This document shows, in pieces, positions 59,101 through 64,000 of a stretch of DNA of 64,000 nt. The stretch is from Candidatus Omnitrophota bacterium. Lineage in GTDB: Bacteria > Omnitrophota > Gorgyraeia > Zapsychrales > Fredricksoniimonadaceae. Below the pieces are notes generated by a model. That model was given only the letters and a program-made list of their open reading frames with translations. It searched no databases and was not told the DNA's origin. The stretch lies in NCBI GenBank assembly GCA_028870995.1, contig JAGWOI010000002.1, positions 46,463 to 110,462 on the forward strand, given 5' to 3'. A program made the position numbers and the translations under genes. How positions within the stretch are numbered: position 1 is the stretch's first letter; every line of letters begins with the position of its first letter.

Positions 59101-62100
59101 GAAGATCGCCTGCAGAGATTGACAGATGAATACCGCCAGATGAGTGAAAGGCAGATGGATACTTCATCCAACCATGTGGGTTCTTCCACCTATGCCGGTG
59201 CCGTGGATGTCAAGAACGTCCAGACCATTGCCTACGATGACCAGGCCATGATCGTCTATTGGGCCAATAAGGGCGATATCTTCAGGCTGGCGGCAGGGCT
59301 TATCCCCGACGGCATTTTCAAATTCACACCGCGCCATCCTCCGGAAGACGATGATCCCGATGCATCCGTGGCCTTGGAGCAATGGAAGGTCGGCCGCAGC
59401 GCCGCAGGTGCCGCCCTGGCCAAATTGGACAAAGCCCAGCTTGTCCCGATCCTGGTGCAGGCCTTACAGGCCCGCCATGACAGCAAAGCTTTTGAGGTGG
59501 TGTTTAGCTTCGGCCAGTTGTGGGCAGAGGTCAAGCATGCTTCCGCCTCCGATTTACAAGACATTAAAACGGCGCTCTCCTTGGTGCAGGCTCCGGCGGT
59601 GAGGACTATGGCGGCACAGGAACGGGCCAAGTATGAAATACCGGCGACCGCGCCGCCGCAGGAAGAAATCAGCATTGCCCCTGCCGTGCAGTCCTACATT
59701 GAGAAATTTGCTACCCAATATCCTTATGATTTCGCGATGCTCGCCAAGCGTGGGCCAGGTTTCCGCCGCGATGTGTTGGCTGACAGCGCGCATTTGATTC
59801 CTATCCTGTTCCGGGCCCAGCGTTTGGCCTTGATCAATTCACTGGCGCTTAGGTCCGGCAACCAGGTAGGGTCTTCCATCGCTACTTCTTCGTCGACGGT
59901 CAGCCTGGTTAAATTCAATCTGAGCGACCTGGTCATGTTCACCTATCAGCTGGGTCATTTCAAGGGCGAGAAGGCCAGGATCGTTTTGGAAATCTTCCTG
60001 AACATGGCTGGATTCAATCTGCTGAAGGCCATGCCGCAGAATGACATTGCCCCCGACGATGATGACAGGGCCAATTTGAAGCAGGAAAGGGATCTCATCC
60101 GCGGCGCCTTTAAGACAGCCGGCTTGACCAATGCGGCCATGATCGTGGGTTACTTTAGAAAGTATGATGTGGCCGCCGATTTGAAGGATAAAGCCCGCCG
60201 AAATGATTTGACGCAACTCCTTGAGGTGGCGCTGACTACAGAACAGGGCCAGGGCGACTACACGCCGCCGTCCGATATTGTTGATCAGGCCCAGCAGATG
60301 GTTGACGAAATCGGTGCCGCCCGGAACGCCGCACCGGTTGAGACGAATGTTCAACCCGGCATGCCGGTCATGCCGCCGGCCGTTCCGCTGCCGGTGGTGC
60401 GCCAGAGCCTGGATCTGGCCATGGCGGCCGGCAGTGATGAAGTGCCGCGGTATGCCGAGAATACGGCGGCCAATGTCAGGACGGATGTCAACGAAACGCC
60501 GCTTTCCCCGACGGATGAGAGAGCTTTGCTGGCTGCGGCACCTTCAGGCGCCTTGAGCAATGCGGCGATGAGCAGCGACAATTATCTTGAAAAAGTGCTG
60601 GCGGCCTCCGGCGGCAAGAGCATCAGGAAGGGCCAACAGGAGGCATTCAGAGATTTATTGCAGAAGAACGGCCGGATTGAGCAGGCTTTGGAAAAAGGCG
60701 GAATCTGGATAGGTAATGTCGGTGTCGGCGCGGGCAAGAGTTCGGCGGGTCCTGTAGCGATTTGGGCCGCACTTCAGGATACTTCCAAGGGCGCCAAACT
60801 GGTCGTCCTGCAGCATTCCAGCGCCTTGATCAAGCAGAACCTGCAGGAAGTCCAGGCCTATGCTGCCGGCTTTGATCCCAATATCAAGGTGGCAGAGATC
60901 AAGGTTGATCCGCAGGGTACCAACATAAAAGATGCGCTGCAAAAGGTCAATGAGGGTAATATTCTCCTGATCAACAACAAGGATGCCCAAACATTGATCG
61001 GCCTGGCCAGGAACGGTAATGCCGAAGCCAAGGCGGCTCTAGGTGTTTTGGTTTCTCAAGGGGCTCTCTATGACGATGAAATCGTCTCCGCACCTGATTT
61101 GAATATCGGCGGCAAGTCAAACAGTAAAACTTCTCAGGATATTATTAAAGGTGTTCAGTATGCCATTGAACAGCTCAAGGCCGCCAGCAATGGCTCACTG
61201 GAAGATGTATTTGCCAGCGTCAAGACCAGGAACGAAGAAGAGGGCAGCATCCGCGTATCCACCAGCAAGACGGCGGAAGAGGTGCTGTTAAGTGAATTTC
61301 CTGACATGAACACCCTCGAAGAGATCAGGGGCACCCAAGAAGGCCGCAACGCTGAAGCATACCTGCAAGCCGTGGTCGAAGCTATTGCCATGATCAAGGA
61401 AGATGAAGTGGCGATCAGCCCTGACGGCAAGATCATGAACCAGGCTGACGCCTACGGCGTTGTTTCCCAGGGGGTCATTACGTCAGATCCTTATTTGATT
61501 GCGGCCGAAGTCCTGGTCAAGAGGATGATCGACCATCAGCCGGTCACTCAGGAGATTTTGAACAATATCGAGCACCAGGTTGAAGGCGAGCGCGTGCGCG
61601 GGGATGCCATTATCCGGGAATTCGGCCATGCCAAGCGACCGGTTATCCTCCTGTCAGGCAGCGTCACGCCGTTCATTGCCGATGAATTTAGGCTTTTATT
61701 GGGCGCCCAGTCCTTGACGCCCATCAATGGGTTTGATCTTGGCCGGTTAAAGACGAGCGAAGGCCAATGGATCAAGGAGATCACGCCTGCGGCCGACATT
61801 GAAGAGGCTGTTGCCGACATCGAGGCCGTGGTGCAGAAACCCGGGACAAGGAGCGTCATAGTCCCGCTGGCGGTCAGAGAACCCGGGAAAACCAATTCTC
61901 CGACGGAGATTTATTTAAATCAACTTCAAGGTGTTGCTGAGCGCAACGGCATCGGCCTGGCCTTCCTGGCTGCAGACGGCGAAAACTATATCATTGCCAA
62001 TGGCCAGCGCGAGCAGGTAACTAAGGAAAAGCTCAACAGCCTGCTCAATGACGGCAGGTACCTCATTGTCCTGGCCCGCGGCCGCATCCGCGGGGAGACG

Positions 62101-64000
62101 GTTCTTTCCAAACGCGGGGATGTAGAGCTGGTCATCACCGACTCCAAGGGTACCTATACCGAGGTCAGCCAAAGCTTTGGCCGCAGCCGCGGCATTACGG
62201 ATGAAAACGGCGTTCTTACCCAAGAACCTGTTGAGAAACGCTTGATCGGCGTCCATATGCCTTTCAGCTTCCCGGCCGTCATGGGGCTGCTTATTGCCAA
62301 TGAAAAACAATTTGATAAGCAGGTGGCCGGCCAGGCCCGCAGCAACGAGATCACGGCATTTAATACGGCTTACTGGGAACGGTTCATCGAGGAGCATCCG
62401 TCGCTGCCGGAAGGCGTCAAGGCCTGGATCCGTCAGCGTTCCGGCGAAGTGAACCAGGATGTCTATAAATTGCGGCTTTTGAACATCGACGGTCAGCTGA
62501 CCCCGATGAGGGAGTTCTATGAAAGCTCATTGAAGCGGATGATCAAGGGCATGCAGACCATGGCCGAGGCCCTGATAGCCTTAAGCAATGTCCCTGACAG
62601 CGCCAAGGAGGATCTCAAGGCCCAAGTACTGCCCGTCGAAGTCGACTTTGAGCCTAACGAAGAGCTCGGTCCTCAGGCCGGGAGCCTTCTGGAAGCGGCA
62701 ACGCCGCAGGAATTTGTCGATACCTTTACCCGCATTACACCTGAGGACAGAGTCCCTGAGCAGTTTGCCGGCCCCATTCCCGACCAGTTGTTTGCTGTGA
62801 GGCAAGATGAAACGAATAATAATTTAACAGTCAGGACCATCCTCAACAGCTCCAAGCAGTATGGGGAAGAGATTTCAGCTGTTTATAATCAAGGCGATGA
62901 GCCCCAGGAATATTCTTACGAAGGCAACAAGATCGTCATTCAAGGCCAGGAGGTCTTTACGCCGGGCAATGCCAGGTTCTTTGCGTATGATCCGACCCTT
63001 AAAAACGGCTATGATGCCAGCAGCCCCAAGGCGGCCCTGTTGCCTGGCAAGAACGGCATGGTACGCGCCGATTTTGTCAGTCAGGACACCGTCGAGATGC
63101 CGGCTGAGCCGATGGACATTAACGGGACCAGCCTGCCCGTTGTTGAGGTGGTCAATATTAATAAAGAAGGCATCCCGCAGGTCATCGGCTGGAAGATCGC
63201 CCTGCCGGACGACCAGCAGGACCAGCAGATAACGGCCCTGGGCAGCGTGAATTTAGACCGTCCTTTAAATGACGGCGACTTGATCGTTAATTTGAGGCTC
63301 GAAAACGGCGAGACCCTGAGGGCGGTCCTTAACGGCGTCAATACCAGGGACATCAAGGCCCTCTTTGCCTATGATGCTGCCGCAGATGAGAGCAGCCAGT
63401 ATGAACCCATCCCTGTTTCTCAAGACGGCCTTATCGTGCGGCCGTTGGGCCAAATTACGGACAATACGAACGTTGTTGCTGCCTATACCCTCAAACGCCC
63501 CGCCACCGGAGAGATCGGTCCGGCTATCGTTACTATCAGGATCAACGGCACAAACGAGGCCCTTAAGACCAGGGAAGGCATGGTCCAAGCCGTAGCACAG
63601 CTGATGTTGCTTATCGGCCAGGGGGTTGAAGTCAGCCCGCGCGCTTCTGGTTTGAGATTCCAGGATACAACCAAGAATTTTATTGAGACAGCCCGCAGCT
63701 TTTATGAGGTAAGCACGCCTACCGAAGGATCCAGGCAAGCCTTTGCCCGTGCCGCCTTAGATTACGTCCGTACCCAGGTTCATATCATGAGGAGTTCCCT
63801 GGCAGGCCAGGATATGGTTGAAGCCATCCTGAAGAAATATGACCAGATGGTCCAGGAGCAAAAGCAGGAAGAGGCTGTGGCAGCAGGGTATCTTCCAACT
63901 AATTTCCAAACTGACAAGAAGAAAGCCAATGGGGCCGTTTCCTTTATAAAGAAGCTTCTGCCTAAAGGTCTGGCTGGCGCTGTGCTGTTTTTTATGGGGC
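38107..64000 (+). CDS. giant secreted multidomain protein (at least 8,631 aa in window; 3' end beyond window)
   Basis: I translated the frame codon by codon from ATG 38107 to the window end and found no stop in 25,894 nt. The nearest upstream in-frame stop is 38035-38037. Every track ORF in this span is antisense or out of frame. The N-terminus MKVIAIVVLAAFVPNQASWA followed by FG looks like a signal peptide. It is followed by a C39-like peptidase domain, TM helices, Ala-rich and PST-rich linkers, a duplicated 220-aa module and P-loop-like motifs. Confidence 0.85.
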   Translation, partial: MKVIAIVVLAAFVPNQASWAFGYNPSVLYRNLPVAPVQDEEGIVLPQPAMPGVQVADSMEYLLKQIQNKPKLRLELNLNAGSKAHTLEIDTKTTFTPDKITRISQWLKTPNLNVLNCGVYALKDILEANGIKRSLQEVSVMTLSVDIMADIIKVGEPKLKTTLFAINKTAQALGLKYQSLKVLPQDELNLPTPFIAHFKNEHFVTVQKAVGGEVYYTDLDYPHIVKAGDFLKNADGFVLAQPTEGITAKAVPESLQAFVWGDKWRDMSQNLPGIVSGAQLGIQIAILVLRIVLSFVPYVGTGIEFAMFAYEVSQLAQALATICVMKGACSQDEAFLLSTAITAAFTSGSVLGFAMSIGEAYMDKEIIEAINSAICPHPSQCSDTSLILESAADVAATSVANAAANAVASAVADAVSNAVSSGSGTDPNSGGPGPSNNGSPGSGPSQNPPANNAPASNPGLTGPAGSPVSSPTSPTPTTTPTPLWADLLGVGNNSSSPSVARPTNFFEDFGDRLEASFYQQLPQVVGDVAGMTARLIAYKAFGVKANDNVSQALGLAFNAVGQLAGEEIDHEISSTNPNNPYRNGISSQQLWGTVIKASIDLGMGFAADAAIGKYDDKKAKENAAYANNYAYQQAEFFGIVALTASAAMAGYMALTTDVPANSVTGKKPGFLDKFGLALFAPGELAASAVTTDINGKPVTVTQNIDSNTPSVLGSTAVNFGGMNYAVQSVAPGTPYSEVSGTAPGSGFTDVWQVDPQTGKSFLKVDGLGNYMNFMQVQGQMTGWTPERVAGDDMSWNEMKKNNKAVYNAPGHFDGLISYTPATPAASDSELHDQFLLGEFESRSIGMPGLAPDYIAGQFQEAANEGAFNAFSLGMYAIADRMAKEYTPTGVDHLQNGINVYSTGDAAGGTVVGGDYNAQTNTLTVAPMRDFLLSIGLPDFQFAATESGQLAIGQAHKDLNKGLYFEGETSGGEQVNQSLNGPEKTLERGTLQPSNSNIQMFSPAMFAGSLPAAGSNNEEPTTIKPDSNQEEPTAIKSDEGTNTLQGAPLNGSANKAEQNPAQNTNDQQKPWTVYLSPVQNNSTGAQQGVAVPTADVLEGKVNPSDPLSIANYIVHGGVVFMVNSPGSTSDAPFSIISGFASFNTPAGGRGTLAVVNGGLDYMPFNAFYGATGMTTKVISGNGAAGGSQQTTVSVPGAPIAPGAGGFGLLNNGSSEGQDINSPETQSPSTSTTQSAQGNNGQATSNVGQGIQALGEVASLFGLPGGSLISSIGAGINNVIAGEATQSASPNTTTKGILQTFGSGMAENGSPIIGGLVAALGNKIDQEGASNTGTSDKEVLAALETAKKSGGLIPPTDAQIKVALAKGFIQLDAEGNLPYVYRPWGSSQAGLAPQAGGLNNPYAASGPTFWGTVANDWAHPWANVDQIKALRTQYFPQGATDQQLVYVATSDDPQAVAARNKFVGAGLESFRLSNGTEVALKGAVLNFNPGDTGEYLAALPSTGNAYAFYGNYNFKTQGNLNGVSQIVPVLVSNEWQQGLGQPGTEGQGGLVAANVQQALYKMEGASAAKNQIVNATVPVNMLAGTQIPEPTPGLTVDYNSGNVLAAPGIVQEANSFGTMTTMNGKTSSPLALDSYAIAGNGKDLIVGNGQLPGKAFVGYPGLQNNDASVGEKTSYTTSANFSLAPTNSRAVGAGEGYFQFAIQGINWAKPDVAQKVGVQDINFTPGAMVERTNGAYEFPLLPGKTVTGKGVLQYILPTAHNSFGIKPLTGAPETFIKNTAFEAVVAPADKTIINGNIDANVKFGYGWNGTSNAWDVSAAQSQVDKNSVLTSGVDHRTALARLWSSQGAWGFVATPTDDSSTFIVHASGPAQALTVTPSLPSAVPANPPAQQPYQGIRLGDVYQIYGAVDLNPSADRILLGTGTQLPIVLMRNAKGDIEATSMLGAPGTTLHMPAGMQVGDVVVANTDHNPASNNEMAVAVGLDNKNMVTKTYTGEGMSFVNAAFQNMHASVKDIQNNSALETVTGQYKLGVTLNNNGQFFLNPKASDASKLNITDNAHTLKAAFGLDKNGAFYVTPVFGKDDVLYHSSGPAQALLPSGLPSDSSAPSSSITPYQGIKLGDNYQINLVKDENPSVEKILLGEGTQLPIVLMKNAKGDIEATSMLGAPGTTLQMPSGVQVGDLAIANKDLTVAVGLDSRDMVTRTYTGEGSSVENAQGGQIAWTLSNGHFQVDLLTPALQQALTQAKGEAADELKKNGKDLTWLNGQIASYEDQLSKLNQDVATQIGRSWINPKGWVDNSRSQRDALAQGLQRLYMMKFALTMSTSDLLDMQKDLGDKRYYTVPGAVIDDTLKLKAVNDILQTGTPQSQVIAAYLKVQQNNDRTVGELSYFADSQNKLAESGGDHLIPLGANQYEYPLLFKKGMDNQISDFKNGMGQKQDDLTALVNIYNSNKSSLTPEVQKMVESLIKNTGKLISDINTENTKGGENGDVNFAAILQTNGWRTFWNSRKFDYNYDPNYEPLSGTGRFIGTMWNGVKGGVSWVGTQIGITGINGTWDYLVNGENNYGNYWHASNETAAGIATGDIQTWSPWGTIKSGVTYVAGVPTWLVNRQTGKQVFELASQMPTGEYDPFADAYNKGGAWKIDYYAGHASEVVLETVTAARVMRLGALGSLTPAGTLAAPTGAFWGTLGFAEATGLGRMAWQDHKGEGPVSSEELSNNTLATVIAPVVLGKLTGAINSTYGAALANTATGRFINTVISPLTETAGADGQIIPMTAGTALKNVAISTGTVVGGGLVLANAGTMIGGNGPLTLKQDAKLAGALALVNTGRIGAGALANGLTGKLAGQGFLKGITAGLSQEIKSGLANAAFTNRALFGAANSLNYGVQLGSAAASWGMISNEWQNPQAGFGDMMSVGWKDFKPAFLTGTAVGAYSSLSSPTLGLGNKFSSQVVKFFSPSSRWSYLTWPTLAVGGEALLNGKNATAKDYIDVASMALGARYLAGGFAAGTAAGGSEKVTGFYKFGAYLTNPEIKGLTLANVGRYSALAATGAVANIAKDALVGEFEHATNISLGNNLDMYVKRNNEGRIVARSAVAAPGYNFESDSGIGGEHWDRQLEASAFRGAFWATMAGLAVKDAGNIAGNFENKFGLGKMEMADSSAQPASTMEGLFDKIAINPAERFGAHGAWGGLKWIPIGVQFPVYTGVYKSVIFGIENRYLPNGTLLNLEDKSVSPDEVQTNSGETATGLVRMFDRGSWSLTDKAKASLWNAFVTAPESGVTLNPMIAATTLAREPGGPASEWRIGLRDTLQNSGLSEPLGLAKVAAVVTGIDAAMDMTSTRHWVVANPKYPNEVYTVNENISTGFGPDTGNPFSERSIGSWAGLILAMKPSAVLSKSEYAMDLAVKQANGGEHGRAIETLDNAMESLPLEKQAPLQNLRYNIARNQDEQVFQAGKGRTAGVNEAELVKPLEQNAAEKQLNNYITQLRASGNNDLADQMEATKQNANSQTYYNRAISLAQQGYFKAADDYFNLADESLTKARTVDSQNGSKYYLPQMQIMQGRLESLRVQQQGLEKPSVELAGRIGKAADAIDQFVKQGLASQDAATRKVFQNISSSIEAGRIADRADMMIRSGSTIDAAGLYEKARALDPDNARYYFLRESQVREKQGGKENQAKAIDLLNKAADLTESGQWLKSNVRSYETFRAAQKEMELNPNDLQAAGRLDQARDKLVSELTKKVNAAPEGIRNGMDRFLVSVLREKAEAHLQRGEFNKYFDTRLEIFNRENEVGNASAAADFARSAAIKDTVDRLLSKYLKSAVETPVQAIETPQAAETAKTLRETISTVKDKKDISSARSLIKALDDYLGQNESQLKTTAGRELINRATDILTNMSQAMADSSGVKMEEAMNKAPENSIDKARAAESLARIAIWQEAIKTPTASGLKAGKSRVTGLIDQAKRMYEAAKDTNGIKRIQALRGMADEGFNNADQRLKTGLTGLRNEVRVIMERLAQQNAGRGGYLTVADIDPVLAKLNKAEDQGMTPAEIAFSKVALYAERARLGDVTQKATDLQEAGNELAKLKTANSSDEFKAQNAEHFDQDVKGLESLLEQVRQEPVQVKTFSANDSVVTRDAIMKERNKAEDGTAESAPMPYGENGRGSKVEYRDADGKLVGTRIESGNVIREEWTVPGLELGGGGAGFIGRAPDGKLLVTIIHNGEDAIRTHEMKEAMALKLQEAASNGRINPEAAGAEKLWKQLTVERSPGVRVFRSSHEYAEQYLAAPSPVERAGKTQGELETPESQGPPAVDLRSPGVFAANDKVLEPLPVNQPSTPSFERKEAPESFARLYENVYGPLTPEARREAMVRHNIERLISPEPLSEKEITERTKRDLVEKYFPATEEGKPFSGEEAFFNESMKSPAASLTKEDLEKLPLQEKVDELTKMALRRMRDNFVAQNPSENTPGMFKYREGQTALTRAAIEYIESYDPDKKGPFDLVTMSMNMGAGKSALAEALPVVEEMTGKKLAYVVEDAGLKKFIENGGIEGFYRPKSIDNGILDLSPKEGQKGVLVLSQGELKTIDLNLKSGKYTEIKTPRVLSDHVVIVDEIQKMVTDAALVFGKSDSFGKEWIAENERKNNGAYQHLKISKEFGKAFINILENTISERAVSAGSDRAAINEMVTLRTGENGQQIVNATKFKDDVRTTLSKKLEDLINSNPDYGKLNLDINKLLDAGAVWYEGLLHGRINITRAIDRQGFADAGLNGKEVFRNLVDNNLLEEVSEGSGTGILKEGINRKTFEDRLRELKNEDGSPVYNNDQIETILRAVDKGLKDGKIVISPRQFENLGELLHNRIFSDQSGFNAFSRVMMAYLEVKGIPVPGKDRNDSVPVNMDDLAIYAQHVLPHETQRSTGADALHLAGRVLGLSATLGDSQALLQSIGSRFWQIHPEAKLEDMNWRFQIESQLTTRQSMVREAVGHDFDNQKLLILNSVLVPKMIAETGEGTTGFINSIKNQIKEQIRTKLKAQGLTDDQANKQADQWVKDHDIKVIPESNLKNGFKDLAEEGIKKPTIVFTSMREGVSVEVKDVQAMHVDFSVRSLAEQLQSMGRLNVYKDNRPSSRTRGEYKLVINTADDPNLTSDQKAQFNKLAELLKSGNQRTKSRVYRAAEDYLVNAVMRDFSRNKSTSSIVQTLQDNGISGEKISEVVSQARKGLMLPLIEGRVNAGKISGDNTVFVPLSNGARMEVQLNENRNFNAYREVAIHAANNQPETSISEYAKIQQGQVYDKITNSVWTNAQWNLKPEMRGTPVAAVKELDVPIPESEMEDFSPDAPKTEPRMVLMGAPQHVVEGNYDVVKYDMPLLSNGEIIHVPVTFKHNPVSGQWELDKELEQNKHIVVPSLGKARVEEATNLLGQHYFRFFKPSSNGSEELIALGVEGHLLKLSQEAAKKEKQVFEIATKKQVFFGPKRGYEYVRGKNLYRVDFKMGDRQGMLIKEGMLVTNREPIHFDGITIQAGDQLFQSRNNNGDNVWEVRNSSGTPKALIVNDTAAPLVNGRRAVMARDSLRLVMEENPVDGKPLTVEVPTIHEYVRVMNPQTKQETWEPAAMVVDTDKLKESLGILKGDRIDPNSGVVTHGNGKIRGIYYKTFFYKPVVKEGKEIFEVSVGGDSALNKYRRNDMVGLGLINENYAGSTVDVKPKDFIDAVASVNRSLQRINALGELNRQVGEEDRSVVIKELTDEMEAMLERQPGVIVERITEGTGKDERTYLRIKATNEEGSRFFDMMSFFKGKITQLANEQIEKHIAPQLQEKAMDRIEESLKEHPMEMVFDPYMERKGTAGLADNKRLSLGTNAMLDILQLSPDAMEAGVPEHEVSHIVERLLATNGIPTVGGASRITNLLDIAKRTDRGIYVGDYSLGEVYTHWIEAAGKLANAQRALALGDKKTFTAFVNEAVKVLERGRNISLSVLDTYERALKVVDKAIATEKVLRETDKNAELKHIPGILQIQPNKESLLKGEKPEQALIIVQDEKTGRALARVTQQLPLKEYLSKEDQGLTPLEVTRKLIEDNINYMKFRAALTDVKAQIVAHFVQDNTAMNALKRIEQLRPDTENMQEMMSKLKEAAESGNETVRSAYALIADNSSETALRVLAEIFSTQTKAIPDGQDIKFMNPKTGRGAVFTKEGTLVRFVAQENFKPSEDRQIQDMRSQFDETINSSLRELSEAHTKAETTFDPMLQKISQAGEKKDTADIQMSLADLSDARQAAGKLLEIAKNQGGNAFVRLGSSDRFAGIVADPLLLAQMGVSTMVNYEGSNSREMTVKAGTVLPEKASEAISASFRGVNITVSKLVSAKNNAIEQRVELPQGDETLFNFFRNMKYIKKVGVKYEMVRQAAIQIQLQPQPGHEREFANTFFHEDIHGLIETDPEVRKQADEYLDSKSMEYGKNNTEAFNALKVFNAAYRALGYEASKNEVVEKEEFIPWVADLNTLIGSFGSLDKMSAGEIQRLPLPQDKIADLLLVKQGLLNPEYREYWNSVSDNINRLVSKSFAGHMQGGVTTGFEAEQNFKELARQAKENQSNQAMASPRSANEVMSLLGTPEGLSKQLAESKKFWRTAAGKAAVDAAIRLAKSYGVKANYDPSSGALVLTLPANRQRPMEISAVVFPVKKLDRAGYYEAAALGQRDVILVDSSVPDMLTAFKEEIQHFRDSFTDKDEILSEMKVKARLNEEPYAGAMQAIQTVERQFKTGAIRPQEADGRIKEILKPVEVALSREGYTSVSSKSYDTRKGLIERWQEEKNQAMTSDAAEQFQPIWNILKSVPDLQHKTILALGETEGSIPSTVGFLQSAGADHVTTVNRLDYLKEQPQGSVDVAFARFAFYPHEQFSATPDAQGLRPALIKRYEPLVKALKTGGMFINVYERQYEPYILNPAELQALHLQAAQKLIETTLKVGDKEYRVPAVMVVYMKEPANPAQMSMPQQNNWDALRSALANIGIHIGAPKALSMTPALNRPDWAMMKQEQEDRLQRLTDEYRQMSERQMDTSSNHVGSSTYAGAVDVKNVQTIAYDDQAMIVYWANKGDIFRLAAGLIPDGIFKFTPRHPPEDDDPDASVALEQWKVGRSAAGAALAKLDKAQLVPILVQALQARHDSKAFEVVFSFGQLWAEVKHASASDLQDIKTALSLVQAPAVRTMAAQERAKYEIPATAPPQEEISIAPAVQSYIEKFATQYPYDFAMLAKRGPGFRRDVLADSAHLIPILFRAQRLALINSLALRSGNQVGSSIATSSSTVSLVKFNLSDLVMFTYQLGHFKGEKARIVLEIFLNMAGFNLLKAMPQNDIAPDDDDRANLKQERDLIRGAFKTAGLTNAAMIVGYFRKYDVAADLKDKARRNDLTQLLEVALTTEQGQGDYTPPSDIVDQAQQMVDEIGAARNAAPVETNVQPGMPVMPPAVPLPVVRQSLDLAMAAGSDEVPRYAENTAANVRTDVNETPLSPTDERALLAAAPSGALSNAAMSSDNYLEKVLAASGGKSIRKGQQEAFRDLLQKNGRIEQALEKGGIWIGNVGVGAGKSSAGPVAIWAALQDTSKGAKLVVLQHSSALIKQNLQEVQAYAAGFDPNIKVAEIKVDPQGTNIKDALQKVNEGNILLINNKDAQTLIGLARNGNAEAKAALGVLVSQGALYDDEIVSAPDLNIGGKSNSKTSQDIIKGVQYAIEQLKAASNGSLEDVFASVKTRNEEEGSIRVSTSKTAEEVLLSEFPDMNTLEEIRGTQEGRNAEAYLQAVVEAIAMIKEDEVAISPDGKIMNQADAYGVVSQGVITSDPYLIAAEVLVKRMIDHQPVTQEILNNIEHQVEGERVRGDAIIREFGHAKRPVILLSGSVTPFIADEFRLLLGAQSLTPINGFDLGRLKTSEGQWIKEITPAADIEEAVADIEAVVQKPGTRSVIVPLAVREPGKTNSPTEIYLNQLQGVAERNGIGLAFLAADGENYIIANGQREQVTKEKLNSLLNDGRYLIVLARGRIRGETVLSKRGDVELVITDSKGTYTEVSQSFGRSRGITDENGVLTQEPVEKRLIGVHMPFSFPAVMGLLIANEKQFDKQVAGQARSNEITAFNTAYWERFIEEHPSLPEGVKAWIRQRSGEVNQDVYKLRLLNIDGQLTPMREFYESSLKRMIKGMQTMAEALIALSNVPDSAKEDLKAQVLPVEVDFEPNEELGPQAGSLLEAATPQEFVDTFTRITPEDRVPEQFAGPIPDQLFAVRQDETNNNLTVRTILNSSKQYGEEISAVYNQGDEPQEYSYEGNKIVIQGQEVFTPGNARFFAYDPTLKNGYDASSPKAALLPGKNGMVRADFVSQDTVEMPAEPMDINGTSLPVVEVVNINKEGIPQVIGWKIALPDDQQDQQITALGSVNLDRPLNDGDLIVNLRLENGETLRAVLNGVNTRDIKALFAYDAAADESSQYEPIPVSQDGLIVRPLGQITDNTNVVAAYTLKRPATGEIGPAIVTIRINGTNEALKTREGMVQAVAQLMLLIGQGVEVSPRASGLRFQDTTKNFIETARSFYEVSTPTEGSRQAFARAALDYVRTQVHIMRSSLAGQDMVEAILKKYDQMVQEQKQEEAVAAGYLPTNFQTDKKKANGAVSFIKKLLPKGLAGAVLFFMG
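43690..44760 (+). repeat. tandem duplication of a roughly 660-nt (220-aa) module inside the giant ORF, including a 59-bp perfect direct repeat
   Basis: The 59-bp stretch AATGCCAAAGGAGACATAGAGGCAACCTCCATGCTGGGAGCGCCGGGCACGACGCTGCA is identical at 43894-43952 and 44554-44612. Flanking protein sequence is about 60% identical (HxSGPAQAL...QGIxLGD...LGxGTQLPIVLMxNAKGDIEATSMLGAPGTTL...). Confidence 0.75.

Noticed and set aside
51576-60745. Canonical Walker A ATPase call for the GAGKS motifs
   Set aside because: Neither motif satisfies GxxxxGK[ST] strictly. They are reported only as a weak helicase-like suggestion.
38000-64000. Dozens of 60-170-aa minus-strand and out-of-frame plus-strand track ORFs
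   Set aside because: All lie inside the single long plus-strand frame, and several are near-duplicates caused by the internal repeat. They are antisense artefacts.

Overview
This window is a bacterial chromosomal replication-origin neighbourhood followed by an unusually elaborate Tad/Flp pilus island and a giant gene.

Left third, housekeeping core. On the minus strand: a partial yicC-family gene, then ndk, parB, parA, a Jag_N-only gene, yidC, yidD and rpmH. On the plus strand, divergent from rpmH: dnaA, dnaN, a DUF721 gene, gyrB, gyrA and tRNA-Glu(UUC). Three perfect DnaA boxes plus an AT-rich stretch lie in the dnaA-dnaN spacer. After the tRNA come a GST, a carbon-nitrogen hydrolase, a cytosolic-type mdh and a parvulin-type lipoprotein PPIase.

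From about 16.9 kb, a complete but atypical Tad/Flp pilus locus. It contains cpaB, a cpaC secretin carrying a C-terminal TonB-C-like domain, a TadZ-TadA (CpaE-CpaF) fusion ATPase and a DUF192 gene. An XRE regulator and an HTH protein follow. Then comes a tandem array of at least nine Flp-type prepilin genes, one with a roughly 200-aa cysteine-rich extension. Three very large cysteine-rich proteins (727, 913 and 981 aa) lie inside the array, two of them with TadE-like N-termini. tadB and tadC close the locus.

Immediately downstream of tadC, behind a near-consensus sigma-70 promoter, a single uninterrupted plus-strand ORF starts at 38107 and runs off the window end at 64000. That is at least 8,631 codons with no stop. 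Because it is not closed inside the window it is absent from the supplied ORF track. It encodes a signal peptide, a C39-like papain-fold peptidase domain, TM segments, low-complexity linkers, a roughly 220-aa internal tandem duplication and P-loop-like motifs.

The combination of a multi-pilin Tad locus, cysteine-rich candidate tip adhesins and a giant secreted protein resembles what has been described for small-celled, host-associated lineages such as Omnitrophota. That affiliation is inference only. I regard this combination as the candidate novel system in the window. No CRISPR array, rRNA or clear mobile element was seen.
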